A stretch of DNA of 64,000 bases from an uncultured Pelagibacteraceae bacterium (GCA_902580115.1 CACHJN010000004.1:31045-95044); one strand, 5' to 3'. Counted from the first letter of the stretch, positions 10,275 through 22,576 are shown. The notes: generated by a model not told the origin, from the sequence alone. Translations and numbers: made by a program.

Positions 10275-12139
10275 GCTGAAGCCCTTTTTTTTCTGGATTT
10301 GATGTAGCCGAGCAGAATAATCGCTGCGGCTGGAGTTACTCCATCGATTCTTAATGCTTGTCCCAATGTTTTAGGTCTAACTGTCTTTAGTTTTGATTTG
10401 ATCTCATTAGAGAGACCGCTGAAGATATCGTAGTCGATCTTATCTGGTATTTTTATACCTTCATCTTTTTTGAAAGCGGCTATATCATGCGACTGTCTTT
10501 TAAGGTATCCAGAGTAGTGAGCATCAATTTCAACTTGATCATCTAAATCAGCTCCAAACGATGGTATTGAAGGCCATATCTGCCTTATTTTAGCCATATT
10601 TAAATTTCGTTGTGACATCAGCTCAATACCAGATCTTTTCACACCATCCTGAGCTATTTTAATTTCATACTTACTTGCTTCATTAGGAGATATTAAATTG
10701 GATTTAAGGTAATCTAAAATCTGTATTAATTTTTTTTGTTTCTCTAAAAATATTTTTGTTCTGGTTCTCCCCACACAATTAATTTTAATACCTGACGGAG
10801 TTAATCTTTGATCTGCATTATCTGCTCTTAAAGATAATCTATATTCTGCTCTAGATGTAAACATACGATATGGCTCTGATACACCTTTAGTAATTAAATC
10901 ATCAATCATCACTCCAATATAAGACTCGGATCTATCTAAAATAAATTCTTCTTTTCTTAAAATTTTAAGAGCAGCATTTATACCGGCAATAAGTCCCTGA
11001 GCAGCAGCTTCCTCATAACCAGTAGTTCCATTAATTTGTCCTGCTAGAAATAGCGATTTAATTTTTTTTGTCTCTAAAGTCGGATTTAGCTCTCTAGGAT
11101 CTACATAATCGTATTCTATGGCATAACCAGCCCTTTTCATTTTAACGGTCTCTAAACCCTTGATTTTACTTAATATTTTGAGTTGGACCTCCTCTGGTAA
11201 AGATGTAGATATACCATTTGGGTAAACAGTATTGTCCTTTAATCCTTCTGGTTCTAAGAAGATTTGATGTTTTTGTTTTTCTTTAAACTTTACAATTTTA
11301 TCTTCAATGGAAGGACAATATCTTGGTCCAACACTTTTAATATTGCCAGAATACATCGCGCTCCTATTAATATTATCACTAATGATTTTATGAACCTCAT
11401 CATTTGTGTGTGTCATGCCACAAGAAATTTGTTTGTTTTCTAGTTTAGACGTTAAGAAAGAAAAAAAGTAAGGATGATTATCGGCTGGCTGCATTTCTAA
11501 ATCATCGTAATTAATTGTAGACCCATCCAACCTAGGAGGTGTACCAGTTTTAAGTCTACCTATTTTCATTTTGAATTTAGCAAGTTGCTCGCTTAGACCG
11601 GTAGATGGTTTTTCGTCGTATCTACCAGCAGGGATTTGTGTTTCACCAATATGTATTAATCCATTTAAAAATGTTCCAGTCGTCAAAATGAGCTCTTTAC
11701 ATCTGATCTCATTACCACTCTGACATAAAAATCCTTCAACCTGATTATTATTAAACAAAAATTGAACTACTGGATCAGCTATTACAGTTAAGTTTTTATA
11801 ATTTAGTAGAATTTTTTGCATGTGCTCCTTATAAAGAGCTCTATCTGATTGTGTTCGTGGTCCTCTAACGGCTGGTCCCCTACTTCTATTTAATAATCGA
11901 AACTGGATACCTGATTTATCAGAAACAACACCCATAACACCATCAAGCGCATCTATTTCACGAACCAGATGCCCTTTTCCTAGTCCCCCTATCGCTGGAT
12001 TACAAGACATCTCACCAATGGTCTCGATTTTATGTGTAAAAAGTGCAGTATTGACGCCCATTCTAGCGGAAGCTGCAGCAGCCTCGCAACCTGCATGTCC
12101 ACCACCTATAACTACTACATCATAGTTTTGTTCAGTCAT
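10271..12139 (-). CDS. mnmG: tRNA uridine-5-carboxymethylaminomethyl modification enzyme
   Basis: [46 protein letters not shown]. Confidence 0.98.
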   Translation of the reverse strand: MTEQNYDVVVIGGGHAGCEAAAASARMGVNTALFTHKIETIGEMSCNPAIGGLGKGHLVREIDALDGVMGVVSDKSGIQFRLLNRSRGPAVRGPRTQSDRALYKEHMQKILLNYKNLTVIADPVVQFLFNNNQVEGFLCQSGNEIRCKELILTTGTFLNGLIHIGETQIPAGRYDEKPSTGLSEQLAKFKMKIGRLKTGTPPRLDGSTINYDDLEMQPADNHPYFFSFLTSKLENKQISCGMTHTNDEVHKIISDNINRSAMYSGNIKSVGPRYCPSIEDKIVKFKEKQKHQIFLEPEGLKDNTVYPNGISTSLPEEVQLKILSKIKGLETVKMKRAGYAIEYDYVDPRELNPTLETKKIKSLFLAGQINGTTGYEEAAAQGLIAGINAALKILRKEEFILDRSESYIGVMIDDLITKGVSEPYRMFTSRAEYRLSLRADNADQRLTPSGIKINCVGRTRTKIFLEKQKKLIQILDYLKSNLISPNEASKYEIKIAQDGVKRSGIELMSQRNLNMAKIRQIWPSIPSFGADLDDQVEIDAHYSGYLKRQSHDIAAFKKDEGIKIPDKIDYDIFSGLSNEIKSKLKTVRPKTLGQALRIDGVTPAAAIILLGYIKSRKKRASA

Positions 12140-12145
12140 AATTAG

Positions 12146-12173
12146 AATGTAACTCTGATTGTTTATATTACAA
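12146..12173 (-). promoter_or_regulatory. Putative sigma70 promoter of mnmG
   Basis: TTGTAA-16-TACATT ending 6 nt before the ATG. Confidence 0.5.
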
Positions 12174-12202
12174 GAATTAATTTCTACACAAAATTAATAT
12201 TA

Positions 12203-13531
12203 TTATTTGCCTATGCAAAAATCTTTGAAAATTGAGCCTAAAATCTCCTCTACATCTACTTTTCCTACAATACTACCAAGGTGTCTAGTAGCCATTCTTA
12301 GATCCTCAGCAGCTAATTCTAAGTCTTTATTTTGATCTTTCTTTAGAAACTTATCTATCTCTTTCAAACACTCATTTAGCTTTACTCTATGTCTCTCTCT
12401 TGTAATTAAAGCACTGTTATTTGATGAAAATTTTTTATTAAGCTTTTGTTTGATTAAATTTATTAATTTATCAATATTCTTATTATCTTTTACAGAAGCT
12501 AATATGGTATCTACATCAAATTTGTGATTCTCTTTACCTTGAACATCAGATTTATTTAGTAAAACTATTGAGTTTTTATTAATCATAGACTTTATTTTAT
12601 CGCTAATTTTTTTATTTGAATTATCAACTACTACAATATTTAAATCAGCTTCTTTAAATTTACTTAAAGCCAATGATATTCCTTTTTTTTCAACTTCATT
12701 CTTTGCTTCTCTGATACCAGCTGTATCTGCAAGTATAACTGGAAAGCCATCTAAGTTAAGATAAGTTTCAATGACATCTCTAGTTGTTCCAGCTTCATCA
12801 GACACTATGGCTGCATCTCTTTTTGATAATAAATTTAATAAAGAAGATTTCCCAACATTTGTTTCTCCAATAATTGATACTCTAAATCCATCCCTGATTT
12901 TTTCACCTACTTTGTTATCATTAATAATTTTACTTATATCACTGTGTATTATTTTAATTGATTTGTGAGCTTCTTTTAAAACATTTTCAGGAAGATCGTC
13001 CTCAGCAAAATCAATTTTGGCTTCGATAAAAGAGAGGGATTTTATTAGTTTTGATCTTAAATCATCGTAATATTTGGAAGCATGGCCATTAACTAAATTT
13101 ACTGCTTGCTTTCTTTGTAATTCAGTTTCAGAATGTATTAAATCTCCAATACTCTCGGCTTTTAAAAGGTCAATTTTGTTATTTTGAAAAGCTAATTTTG
13201 TGAATTCACCAGGCTCGGCCATTCTACAGTTTTTTTGACTTGATAATACTTTAAGAAAATAACTAATTATTGCGTTACTTCCATGTACATGAAATTCCGC
13301 TAAATCGTCGCCCGTAAAACTATTTGGCTTTGGAAACCATAAAATTAAAGCTTCTGGATCAATAATAGTATCATTGCTTGGATCAAAGAATTTACATAGG
13401 TTTATTTCATTTTCTTTTATTTTATCCTCTTTAGAAATCAGTTTGCATATACTTAAAGTATCAGGTCCCGACATTCTAATAATAGCTATACCACATGGAC
13501 CTCTGCCGGAGGACAAAGCAAAAATATTCAT
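12203..13531 (-). CDS. mnmE: tRNA modification GTPase MnmE
   Basis: SFTGDD..EFHVHG, GETNVGKSSL, GTTRD, DTAGIR, C-terminal FCIGK. Confidence 0.98.
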   Translation of the reverse strand: MNIFALSSGRGPCGIAIIRMSGPDTLSICKLISKEDKIKENEINLCKFFDPSNDTIIDPEALILWFPKPNSFTGDDLAEFHVHGSNAIISYFLKVLSSQKNCRMAEPGEFTKLAFQNNKIDLLKAESIGDLIHSETELQRKQAVNLVNGHASKYYDDLRSKLIKSLSFIEAKIDFAEDDLPENVLKEAHKSIKIIHSDISKIINDNKVGEKIRDGFRVSIIGETNVGKSSLLNLLSKRDAAIVSDEAGTTRDVIETYLNLDGFPVILADTAGIREAKNEVEKKGISLALSKFKEADLNIVVVDNSNKKISDKIKSMINKNSIVLLNKSDVQGKENHKFDVDTILASVKDNKNIDKLINLIKQKLNKKFSSNNSALITRERHRVKLNECLKEIDKFLKKDQNKDLELAAEDLRMATRHLGSIVGKVDVEEILGSIFKDFCIGK

Positions 13532-14661
13532 TAGTTTAAACCTAGGTTTGCAACTCTTTTAGTAATTTTTTTTAATAATGTTGATTTGGAAAAATTATTT
13601 AAAATATTTTCTTTTATTGGATCTAGATATTTATTACTCTTAAAGAATTTTCTTGTTGTGTCTATACCCAATCCCATTAGTAAGTTTTCTGGTTTCCTAC
13701 TATTTGATAAATCTTTTGGAATATTCGAATCTTTTATAGTTAAGCCCAACCTTAGGTTATAAGAAATAAGTTCGTTCAATTTTTCAATATCTCTTAGAAT
13801 CAGATTGAACCCTTGTCCTGCTAAAGGGTGAACTACATGCAGGCCATCTCCTAAAATTATTGCGTTTTTTTTATAGTAGTTTCTTTTTAATGATAACATT
13901 AAAGGATAACTTTGAATATTTCCTAAAGATATTTTATTTGTTTTTAATAAGTTTGAGAGTTTAGTTTTTAAATATTTTGAAATATTTTTTTTATTTTTTA
14001 TATAATACTTATTTTCAATACTCCATACCACAGAAAATTTATTTTTATTAAATGGTAAGATTGCAAGAGGTCCTTCTTTCAAAAAAAACTGCTGAGCTCC
14101 AATATCTTTAATTTTATGTTTAACGGAACAAGTTAAGGAGTGTTCTTTGTAATTTTTTCGGATTTCTCTGTTGCCATTTATCTTTTGATAAATTGGAGAG
14201 TTTGATCCCAAACATAAAACTACTAAATCGTAAGATTTTGAGGACAGATTAGTAAAAACTTTATTTTCAGCTAGATCGATTGATTTTATTGTTTTTTTTT
14301 GAACTTTAATTTTTGTTTTTTTTAATAATTTAGATAAATGTTCTTTGGTCAATCTGTTTTCAAAAAAGTACATTAAATTCTTATTTTCATCAAAATTTAA
14401 AAAATTTTTAATTTTATTATTCTTCTCAAAAAAAAGATTAATTTTTTTTACAGGATAGAATAATTTTAAATTGATATTATTTATTGTAGATTTTAAAAAT
14501 TCCATATTTTTTTCAGATATTGCTGTAACTCTTAAATCCTTGTTTTTAGAAGCAGCATTTTCTAGTATTAGATCAATATCTAATCCTCTTTCGCTTAAAA
14601 CAAGCGCAGATATCAGGCCAGTTAAGCCGCCACCTACAATGCATATTTTATGTTTTTTCAT
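13531..14661 (-). CDS. ubiH: FAD-dependent hydroxylase, UbiH/UbiL family (ubiquinone biosynthesis)
   Basis: GGGLTG Rossmann motif, GPLAILP, GDGLHVVHPLAGQGFNL. Confidence 0.85.
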   Translation of the reverse strand: MKKHKICIVGGGLTGLISALVLSERGLDIDLILENAASKNKDLRVTAISEKNMEFLKSTINNINLKLFYPVKKINLFFEKNNKIKNFLNFDENKNLMYFFENRLTKEHLSKLLKKTKIKVQKKTIKSIDLAENKVFTNLSSKSYDLVVLCLGSNSPIYQKINGNREIRKNYKEHSLTCSVKHKIKDIGAQQFFLKEGPLAILPFNKNKFSVVWSIENKYYIKNKKNISKYLKTKLSNLLKTNKISLGNIQSYPLMLSLKRNYYKKNAIILGDGLHVVHPLAGQGFNLILRDIEKLNELISYNLRLGLTIKDSNIPKDLSNSRKPENLLMGLGIDTTRKFFKSNKYLDPIKENILNNFSKSTLLKKITKRVANLGLN

Positions 14662-14694
14662 AATAATGATAAAAAGTAAGTATTACGATTCGAT

Positions 14695-16776
14695 ATGAAT
14701 ACAAACTTTTTAAACAGTTTAACAAATTTTTTAAAAAAACGAACCTTTGAGTTTGTTGGATTACTTCTAATTTCGTTAGGAATAGCTTTAACTATTTCAT
14801 TCGCCACTTATTCTCCATCAGATCCATCCTGGGTATATGGGGAATCTGGCTCAAATATAAAAAATTTCTTTGGGATATATGGAAGTAAAGTTTCGGACTT
14901 TTTATTACAAAGTTTTGGTTTAATTTCATTTTTATTACTGATTACTTTAATTTCATGGGGTTTAAAATTATTAATTGAAAAAGAGTTGAAAAATATTATT
15001 TACAAATTATTTTTTTTAACTTTGTATCTAATTTTTGGATGCACATTCTTACATATAACATTTAATAATTCTTTTTGGCTACTTGATAATGGCAACTCTG
15101 GTTTCATCGGAGAATTGGTATATAATTTTATATACCAATACACACCATTAATTGAAAATCAATATACAAGTTTTGCTCTAATTGCTTCAACAATACTATT
15201 TTTTATTCTTAGCTCTGAAATCAATTTAAAAAAAATTGTTTCAAAGCTATTTTCATTTTCTTCTAGTAAAAAGAATGCAGTTATCGAGAATAATAGTAAT
15301 GAAGTAATAGAAGAAAATATAGTACATGATGAACAAAAAGAAACTCAACAAAGTTTTTTCTTTAATAATAAAGAACAAGCTAAAACATTAGAAAAATCAA
15401 AAAAATTTCAATTACCATCAATTGATTTACTTGAAAAAAATAATTCAAAATTATCTCCACAAGAAATGAATAAAAATAGGCCTGATGGGAAATTTATGGA
15501 AGGTATCTTGCAAGACTTTGGTATTAATGGACAAATACAAAAAATTAATAATGGACCAGTTGTAAGTTTGTATGAATTTGAACCTGCTGCTGGAGTTAAA
15601 GTTTCAAAAATTGTAAACTTATCTGACGACCTGGCACGAAACACCAGTTCAACATCAGCAAGAGTAGCTGTCATCCCAGGTAAGAATACTGTAGGGATAG
15701 AAATACCTAATGAAAACAGGGAAGGAGTTTTTTTAAGAGAAATTATATCAAATGAGCGGTTTAGAAGTCGTGATTTAAAATTACCTATAGCGTTAGGAAA
15801 AAGTATTTCAGGCGTACCTATAATAGGTGACTTGACTTCAATGCCTCACTTATTAATTGCTGGTACAACAGGGTCAGGAAAATCTGTCTGCGTTAACACA
15901 ATAATTACATCTTTGTTATACAAACTAAGTCCTGAGCTATGTAAATTAATTTTGATTGACCCGAAAATGTTAGAGCTTTCTGCCTATGAGGGAATTCCCC
16001 ATTTATTGTCCCCTGTTATTACTGATGCAAAAAAAGCTACTTCAGCTCTTGGGTGGACTGTTAGAGAGATGAATAACAGATATAAACTTATGTCAAAAGT
16101 AGGAGTGAGAAATATTGATGGTTATAATGAAAAACATAAATTAAAAATGCCTTTTATTGTTGTAGTTGTTGATGAAATGTCAGACCTGATGTTAGTGGCA
16201 GGAAAAGAAATTGAAAATTACATTCAAAAATTATCTCAAATGGCACGGGCTGCCGGAATTCATATCATAATGGCAACTCAAAGACCTAGCGTAGATGTAA
16301 TTACAGGAACCATCAAAGCTAATTTTCCAACAAGAGTTTCTTTTCAGGTAAGCTCAAAAATTGATAGTAGAACCATACTAGGGGAACAAGGAGCAGAACA
16401 GTTATTAGGAAAAGGAGATATGCTATTTATGTCATCAGCAAATAGAATTATAAGAATTCATGGTCCATATGTTTCAGAAAAAGAAATAGAAAAAATAAGT
16501 AGCGTTTTACGTGCTCAAGGAGAACCTGACTACATTGAGGATATTACTGCCGTTTCTAACGCTAATGATGGTGATAAAAACATTTCAGATGAGGAGGGTG
16601 ACGAGCTCTATAACGAGGCTATAAATATCGTTAAAACTGAGGGAAAAGCTTCGACTAGTTTTTTACAGAGAAAACTACAAATCGGATACAATAGAGCTGC
16701 TAGAATTATTGATATGATGGAGGAAAAAGGTGTCGTCAGCAAAGCAAATCATGTTGGTAAACGAGAGGTACTTTAA
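14695..16776 (+). CDS. ftsK: DNA translocase FtsK
   Basis: N-terminal TM region, AGTTGSGKS, VVDEMSDLM, ATQRPSVD, gamma domain LQIGYNRAA. Confidence 0.98.
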   Translation: MNTNFLNSLTNFLKKRTFEFVGLLLISLGIALTISFATYSPSDPSWVYGESGSNIKNFFGIYGSKVSDFLLQSFGLISFLLLITLISWGLKLLIEKELKNIIYKLFFLTLYLIFGCTFLHITFNNSFWLLDNGNSGFIGELVYNFIYQYTPLIENQYTSFALIASTILFFILSSEINLKKIVSKLFSFSSSKKNAVIENNSNEVIEENIVHDEQKETQQSFFFNNKEQAKTLEKSKKFQLPSIDLLEKNNSKLSPQEMNKNRPDGKFMEGILQDFGINGQIQKINNGPVVSLYEFEPAAGVKVSKIVNLSDDLARNTSSTSARVAVIPGKNTVGIEIPNENREGVFLREIISNERFRSRDLKLPIALGKSISGVPIIGDLTSMPHLLIAGTTGSGKSVCVNTIITSLLYKLSPELCKLILIDPKMLELSAYEGIPHLLSPVITDAKKATSALGWTVREMNNRYKLMSKVGVRNIDGYNEKHKLKMPFIVVVVDEMSDLMLVAGKEIENYIQKLSQMARAAGIHIIMATQRPSVDVITGTIKANFPTRVSFQVSSKIDSRTILGEQGAEQLLGKGDMLFMSSANRIIRIHGPYVSEKEIEKISSVLRAQGEPDYIEDITAVSNANDGDKNISDEEGDELYNEAINIVKTEGKASTSFLQRKLQIGYNRAARIIDMMEEKGVVSKANHVGKREVL

Positions 16777-16778
16777 GA

Positions 16779-17336
16779 TTGAAACTATCTAGAGCTGGTA
16801 TTTTTTTTTGTTTATATTTAATTTTTACACACTCAAATGCAAATGAGAAATCTAAAATTATTAATAAATTAAACTACATAAATAATATTCAGTTTAAATT
16901 TATTCAAAAAACAAATGAGAAAATAGAAAAAGGAGAATGTACTCTTGTTTTTCCAAGCAAATTGAAATGTGATTACGATGATAAAAATAAAAAAGAGCTT
17001 ATTGTAAATAAAAAAATGATAGCAATTACTCAGAAAAGATATGGAAAGACAATTTTTTATCCGTTATCCAAATCTGCTTTTATAAATATTCTTAGTAAGA
17101 ATGAATTAAAAAAAATAATAAATGAAAATGAAACAATAATAGATGATTATATAAATATTGTTTTTTCCGATAAAAATGAATCCAAAACATTAATTAGATT
17201 TAATAAAAAAGATTTCTTATTGGCAGGATGGGTCTCATCAGATCAATACAATAATCAAATAAATTTTGAAATTGAGATTATATCTGTTAATCAAATGATT
17301 AACAATGATATCTTCACTTTACCAAGTAAAAGTTAG
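16779..17336 (+). CDS. lolA: Outer-membrane lipoprotein carrier LolA
   Basis: Signal peptide, FKFIQ...G.C...P.KLKCDY pattern; directly after ftsK. Confidence 0.8.
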   Translation: MKLSRAGIFFCLYLIFTHSNANEKSKIINKLNYINNIQFKFIQKTNEKIEKGECTLVFPSKLKCDYDDKNKKELIVNKKMIAITQKRYGKTIFYPLSKSAFINILSKNELKKIINENETIIDDYINIVFSDKNESKTLIRFNKKDFLLAGWVSSDQYNNQINFEIEIISVNQMINNDIFTLPSKS

Positions 17337-17842
17337 GCTACAAAGTTTATTTGCTCTTTTTTAAATATTTTAAAACCTCTTGATAAGTAATTTGTTAAAG
17401 CAAACTTATGATCTAGTGAGCAAGTATGAACCCAAACTTTATCTGCTTTATTATCAAATGATTTTTTAAGCACGTGCTTTAACAATAAAGATCCAAATCC
17501 TTTTGATCTATATTCACTTAATATTCCCATATTTATAAGCTCAAATTCTTTACTTTCGTGTTTTTCAATTTCATAATAACCAATCAATTCACCCTTATTA
17601 TTTTTAAGTATCCAAGTTTCTAAAAGCGGGTTGGAAGAATATTTCAACCATTGTTTATCAGTCCATATAAGTCTATCCCTCCAAAAATGTTCTTTTCCGA
17701 TTTGTTTGTAGAAAAATTTGTTTATTTCATAATTTTTTTTTTCATTTAGAGAAAACTTAAATAAGTTTTTATTTTTGATTTCTGGAATTTTATCATTTTT
17801 TGAAAATTCATAATCTAAAAAATATCTTTGTACTTTTTTCAT
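17333..17842 (-). CDS. GNAT-family N-acetyltransferase
   Basis: YRSKGFG acetyl-CoA motif, VWVHTCSLDH..AL.NY..RGF; start at ATG 17842. Confidence 0.9.
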   Translation of the reverse strand: MKKVQRYFLDYEFSKNDKIPEIKNKNLFKFSLNEKKNYEINKFFYKQIGKEHFWRDRLIWTDKQWLKYSSNPLLETWILKNNKGELIGYYEIEKHESKEFELINMGILSEYRSKGFGSLLLKHVLKKSFDNKADKVWVHTCSLDHKFALTNYLSRGFKIFKKEQINFVA

Positions 17843-17843
17843 C

Positions 17844-18200
17844 TTACAAGACCATCTTTCCGATTTTTTCTCCAGCAAATATATGAAAATGAAGGTGGGG
17901 AACTTCTTGACCACCATCAGATCCAATATTCGAAAGCACTCTATAACCTTTGCTTGAAGCTCCTAATAAACTCGACACATGGCTTACTGCTTTATGAAAT
18001 TCAACAATTTCCTTATCACTCGCTTTTTTGTTAAAATCATCTAAGTCGATATATTCTCCTTTGGGTATTACAAGTGCATGTATTTTTTTTTGAGGATTTA
18101 TGTCATGAAATGATAAAACGTGATCGTTTTCAAAAATCTTTTTACAGGGTATTTCTCCTCTTAAAATCTTAGCAAAAATATTATTTTTATCGTAAGGCAT
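17844..18200 (-). CDS. hinT: Histidine triad nucleotide-binding protein
   Basis: NIFAKILRGEIP, GQEVPHLHFH. Confidence 0.95.
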   Translation of the reverse strand: MPYDKNNIFAKILRGEIPCKKIFENDHVLSFHDINPQKKIHALVIPKGEYIDLDDFNKKASDKEIVEFHKAVSHVSSLLGASSKGYRVLSNIGSDGGQEVPHLHFHIFAGEKIGKMVL

Positions 18201-18473
18201 TTACTTTTTTCTTTTTACCAGTTCTTTTATCACGTCTTCAATTTTTATATTATTTGCTTCAAAATATACTAGAAGATGATATATCACATCAGCGCTTTCA
18301 TGAATTTTATTTGTGTTTTTTTCCACAGATTCTATCAATTCACCTATCTCCTCTCTCACTTTAGAAACAGATAAATTTTTATCATTTAAAAGTTTTTTTG
18401 TGTAAGATTCATTTGGTGGAGAGTTTTTTCGATCTCTGATTGTTTTTATTAAATCTTCTAAATCTTTAAGCAT
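18201..18473 (-). CDS. hisE: Phosphoribosyl-ATP pyrophosphatase
   Basis: SYTKKLL, KVREE..E, ESADVIYHLLV. Confidence 0.95.
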   Translation of the reverse strand: MLKDLEDLIKTIRDRKNSPPNESYTKKLLNDKNLSVSKVREEIGELIESVEKNTNKIHESADVIYHLLVYFEANNIKIEDVIKELVKRKK

Positions 18474-18474
18474 T

Positions 18475-19233
18475 TTAAATCCTAACGGGTATTCCTTTAG
18501 AGTTCAAATAATCCTTTACCTCTTTAATTGAAAGTTCTCCAAAGTGAAAGATAGATGCTGCCAGTAAAGCACTAGCTCCTCCTTCTTTTACTCCTTCATA
18601 AAGGTGATCTAAATTCCCAACGCCTCCAGATGCTATAACCGGTATTGATAAAGAAGATGTAATCTTTTTAAGTAACTCTAAATCATATCCCGATTTTGTT
18701 CCATCTTTATCCATTGAAGTAAGTAAAATCTCACCAGCTCCATTATTTTGAGCTTTTTTTGCATACTCGATTGCGTCTATACCTGTACTATTTCTTCCTC
18801 CATGAGTGAACACTTCCCATTTTTTTTCTGATATTTTTTTTGCATCTACAGCTACTACTATGCATTGAGCACCAAATTTCCTTGAAGCTTCTTTGATAAA
18901 ATTTATATCTTTTACAGCAGCTGTATTAATCGAAACTTTATCAGCTCCAGAAAGAAGTAGACTATTAATATCCTCTAAACTGCTTACTCCACCGCCTACT
19001 GTAATTGGTATAAAACAATTCCTAGTAGTCTTTTTAACAACTTCTAGCATTGCTTTTCTTTTTTCATGAGAAGCGGTTATATCTAAGAAACATATTTCAT
19101 CAGCACCTCCTTCATAATATAATTGTGCTTGAGCTACTGGATCTCCTGCATCTGCTAGATCAACAAAATTTACTCCTTTCACAACTCTTCCATTTTCTAC
19201 ATCTAAACAAGGTATAATTCTGACTTTTGCCAT
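18475..19233 (-). CDS. hisF: Imidazole glycerol phosphate synthase, cyclase subunit
   Basis: [31 protein letters not shown]. Confidence 0.98.
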   Translation of the reverse strand: MAKVRIIPCLDVENGRVVKGVNFVDLADAGDPVAQAQLYYEGGADEICFLDITASHEKRKAMLEVVKKTTRNCFIPITVGGGVSSLEDINSLLLSGADKVSINTAAVKDINFIKEASRKFGAQCIVVAVDAKKISEKKWEVFTHGGRNSTGIDAIEYAKKAQNNGAGEILLTSMDKDGTKSGYDLELLKKITSSLSIPVIASGGVGNLDHLYEGVKEGGASALLAASIFHFGELSIKEVKDYLNSKGIPVRI

Positions 19234-19946
19234 TAAATTTTTCCTAACTCTGAAAGTTTGATTTTGTTTTCATAAATTGCTTTCCCAATTATTATACCTT
19301 CAATCTTTTTATTTTCTTCAATCACTTTTTTAACATCGTCCAATGAACTAATTCCTCCAGAGATTAAGAAGGGAATATCAAATGTATTTGCCAACTTGTA
19401 GGTGTCTTTAAAGTTAGGGCCATTTATCATACCATCTTTATTAATATCTGTGTAAATCACTCTTGAGACTCCATAGTCTTTTACTTTTTCTAAATAGTCA
19501 AAGACGTCCAAATCTGTTTGATCTTTCCATCCTGACACAGCAATTTTATTTGCTCTCACATCTAAAGCTAAAGCAATTGATTTTGAGTATCTGCTGCAAC
19601 TTTTTTTTAAAAAAACATCATCTTTAATTGCAGCAGTTCCTAAAATAATTTTATCCGCACCTATCCCTATTAATTTTTTTATACTTTCTTCATTTCTTAT
19701 TCCGCCCCCGACTTGTACTCTTAAATTAAATTTTTTTATTATACTCTCAATTATATTTAAATTTTTTAATTCACCAGCTAAGGCACCATCCAAATCAACA
19801 ATATGTAAAAATTTTAATCCATTCTCAAAAAAAATTTCAGCTTGGCGAACTGGATCTTCATTGTATATCTTTGCGCTAGAGAACTCTCCCTTGGTTAATC
19901 TAACGCATTTTTGATTTTTAAGATCAATTGCTGGAAATATGTTCAT
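19233..19946 (-). CDS. hisA: ProFAR isomerase
   Basis: [29 protein letters not shown]. Confidence 0.97.
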   Translation of the reverse strand: MNIFPAIDLKNQKCVRLTKGEFSSAKIYNEDPVRQAEIFFENGLKFLHIVDLDGALAGELKNLNIIESIIKKFNLRVQVGGGIRNEESIKKLIGIGADKIILGTAAIKDDVFLKKSCSRYSKSIALALDVRANKIAVSGWKDQTDLDVFDYLEKVKDYGVSRVIYTDINKDGMINGPNFKDTYKLANTFDIPFLISGGISSLDDVKKVIEENKKIEGIIIGKAIYENKIKLSELGKI

Positions 19947-19959
19947 ATTTGTTACAGAC

Positions 19960-20550
19960 TTAAAGCGAGCCTTTTGTAGAAGGAATTGAGGTCTTGATTC
20001 TTTTATCGATAGTAAAAGCTTCCTTTAAAGACCTAGCTAATCCTTTAAAACATGACTCGATTTTATGGTGACTGTTATCACCATACAAATTCTCAACGTG
20101 AAGTGTTATCCCTGCAGATTGTGAAAAAGCTTGGAACCATTCTTTAAAAAGCTCAGTATCCATTTCACCTAATTTTTCAACTTTTAGATCTACTTTCCAA
20201 ATTAGATACGGCCTATTAGACACATCTAAAGAAACTCTGCTTAAAGTCTCGTCCATAGGTATCATGGCAGAAGCATATCTTTTAATTCCTTTTAAATTTC
20301 CTGCAGCTTTTTTAATCGCTTCTCCTATTGCTATTCCACTATCTTCTGTTGTGTGGTGAAGATCAATATGAGTATCTCCTTTTGCCTTAATATTTAAATC
20401 TATCAGTGAATGCTTAGAAAGTTGTTCAAGCATGTGGTCTAAAAACCCTATACCGGTATTTATATTGTATTTGCCTTTACCATCAATGTTGGCTTCCACA
20501 GAAATACTTGTTTCTTTAGTTTTTCTAAGTATTTTAGCTTTTCTTTTCAT
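19960..20550 (-). CDS. hisB: Imidazoleglycerol-phosphate dehydratase
   Basis: [32 protein letters not shown]; start at ATG 20550. Confidence 0.97.
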   Translation of the reverse strand: MKRKAKILRKTKETSISVEANIDGKGKYNINTGIGFLDHMLEQLSKHSLIDLNIKAKGDTHIDLHHTTEDSGIAIGEAIKKAAGNLKGIKRYASAMIPMDETLSRVSLDVSNRPYLIWKVDLKVEKLGEMDTELFKEWFQAFSQSAGITLHVENLYGDNSHHKIESCFKGLARSLKEAFTIDKRIKTSIPSTKGSL

Positions 20551-20652
20551 AAAATAGCCGATTAATCTTATGATATATATATAATTAGACTTTTTATCAA
20601 TAAACACAAAATGTCTATTGAAGAAATAAAATTAATCTCCACATAAAACAAT

Positions 20653-21192
20653 ATGAATACAGCTGAAAAATGGCATGGAACCACAATTGTTCTTTTAAGG
20701 AAGAACAATGAAACTATTGTGGTTGGGGATGGGCAAGTAAGCCTAGGTAATACTGTGCTAAAGAGCAAAGCAAAAAAAGTAAGAAAAATTGAGAAAAGAA
20801 ATGTAATAGCGGGTTTTGCTGGTTCTACAGCTGACGCACTCACATTATTTGAGAGATTAGAGGCTAAGCTTGAAAAACATGCAGGAAATCTTTCAAGGGC
20901 AGCTGTAGAGTTAGCAAAAGATTGGCGAAGCGATAAATATTTAAGAAGACTAGAAGCTTTAATGGCAGTTGCCGATAAAGAAAAAAGCTTTATCATTTCA
21001 GGAACTGGGGATGTTCTAGAGCCAGAAGACGGAATTATTGGTATTGGCTCGGGAGGAAATTATGCATTGGCAGCAGCTAAAGTGCTGATGGAAACTGATA
21101 TGAAAGCTGAAGATATAGCAAAGAAAGCAATTAAAGTTGCTTCAGAAATTTGTGTTTTCACTAATAACAATATTACAATGGAAAAATTATAA
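20653..21192 (+). CDS. hslV: ATP-dependent protease peptidase subunit HslV
   Basis: HGTTI N-terminal nucleophile, [15 protein letters not shown]. Confidence 0.98.
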   Translation: MNTAEKWHGTTIVLLRKNNETIVVGDGQVSLGNTVLKSKAKKVRKIEKRNVIAGFAGSTADALTLFERLEAKLEKHAGNLSRAAVELAKDWRSDKYLRRLEALMAVADKEKSFIISGTGDVLEPEDGIIGIGSGGNYALAAAKVLMETDMKAEDIAKKAIKVASEICVFTNNNITMEKL

Positions 21193-21193
21193 A

Positions 21194-22576
21194 ATGTCAG
21201 GATCAAAAAAAATTACTAATTTAAATTTAGTAAAAGATAAACAAAAAAAAGTAGAACAAAGTAAAGTGAGCGCCTTGTCTCCAAGAGAAATAGTTTCAGA
21301 GTTAGATAGATACGTCATTGGTCAAAAAGAAGCAAAAAAAGCTGTAGCAGTTGCTTTACGAAATAGATGGAGACGACAAGCCTTATCAGATGAAATGAGG
21401 GATGAAGTTTTGCCTAAAAATATATTAATGATTGGGCCTACTGGAGTTGGCAAAACTGAAATTTCTAGAAGGTTATCAAAATTAGCAGAAGCACCATTTA
21501 TTAAAGTTGAAGCCACTAGATTTACTGAAGTTGGATATGTTGGTCGAGATGTTGAACAGATTATTAGAGATTTGATTGAAATTGCGATAGCAATGGAAAG
21601 AGACAAAAAAAGGAAAGAAGTTCATGCAAAAGCTCAGTTATTAGCAGAGGACAAAGTTTTAGATGCTTTAGTAGGTAATAAAGCTTCTGTTGCAACAAGA
21701 GAAAGTTTTAGAAAAAGACTTAGAAACGGTGACCTGGACAACAACCAAATTGAAATAGAAGTTTTAGATACAAATTCATCAATGCCTAGTTTTGAAATTC
21801 CAGGTATGCCTGGTGCAAATGTTGGAATGGTAAACATTGGAGAGATACTAGGTAAATCTATGGGAAATAAAAAAGGGAAAAAGAAAAAGATGACTGTTAA
21901 AGAATCTCATGAGATTTTAGTGTCACAAGAGTCCGATAAAATGATTGAGGAAGATAAAATTGTTCAAGAGGCAAAAAAATCTACAGAAGACAATGGAATA
22001 GTTTTTTTAGATGAAATAGACAAAGTTTCTGCAAGAGGTGATAGAGTGGGTGGAGATGTATCGAGAGAAGGAGTACAAAGAGATCTTTTACCTCTCATAG
22101 AAGGAACAACAGTTAATACTAAACATGGTCCAATTAAAACAGACCATATATTATTTATTGCGTCTGGAGCTTTTCAACTTGCGAAGCCTTCAGATTTACT
22201 TCCTGAGTTACAAGGTAGATTGCCTATTAGGGTGGAATTAAGTGCATTAAATGAAAAAGATTTTATCAGAATTTTGAAAGAACCAGATAACAGTTTGATT
22301 AAACAATACAAGGCTCTTTTGAAAACAGAAAATGTTGATCTGGAATTTAAAGATGATGGTATTGAAATGCTTGCTAAAATTTCAACAGAAGTAAACTCTT
22401 CAATTGAAAATATTGGGGCGAGGAGATTACACACTATTATTGAAAAAGTTCTTGATGATATAAGCTTTAACGCAACAGATAAATCTGGAGAAAAAGTAAT
22501 TGTTGATAAAGAATATGTGAAGAAAAACTTAGGAGATTTAGTTAAAGATACTGATTTATCGAAATTTATTTTATAA
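21194..22576 (+). CDS. hslU: ATP-dependent protease ATPase subunit HslU
   Basis: [27 protein letters not shown]; start at ATG 21194. Confidence 0.98.
   Translation: MSGSKKITNLNLVKDKQKKVEQSKVSALSPREIVSELDRYVIGQKEAKKAVAVALRNRWRRQALSDEMRDEVLPKNILMIGPTGVGKTEISRRLSKLAEAPFIKVEATRFTEVGYVGRDVEQIIRDLIEIAIAMERDKKRKEVHAKAQLLAEDKVLDALVGNKASVATRESFRKRLRNGDLDNNQIEIEVLDTNSSMPSFEIPGMPGANVGMVNIGEILGKSMGNKKGKKKKMTVKESHEILVSQESDKMIEEDKIVQEAKKSTEDNGIVFLDEIDKVSARGDRVGGDVSREGVQRDLLPLIEGTTVNTKHGPIKTDHILFIASGAFQLAKPSDLLPELQGRLPIRVELSALNEKDFIRILKEPDNSLIKQYKALLKTENVDLEFKDDGIEMLAKISTEVNSSIENIGARRLHTIIEKVLDDISFNATDKSGEKVIVDKEYVKKNLGDLVKDTDLSKFIL

Noticed and set aside
17843-21193. Long N-terminal extensions of the GNAT, HisB and HslU ORFs in the track
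   Set aside because: Produced by upstream alternative start codons; downstream ATGs (17842, 20550, 21194) fit family starts and avoid overlaps
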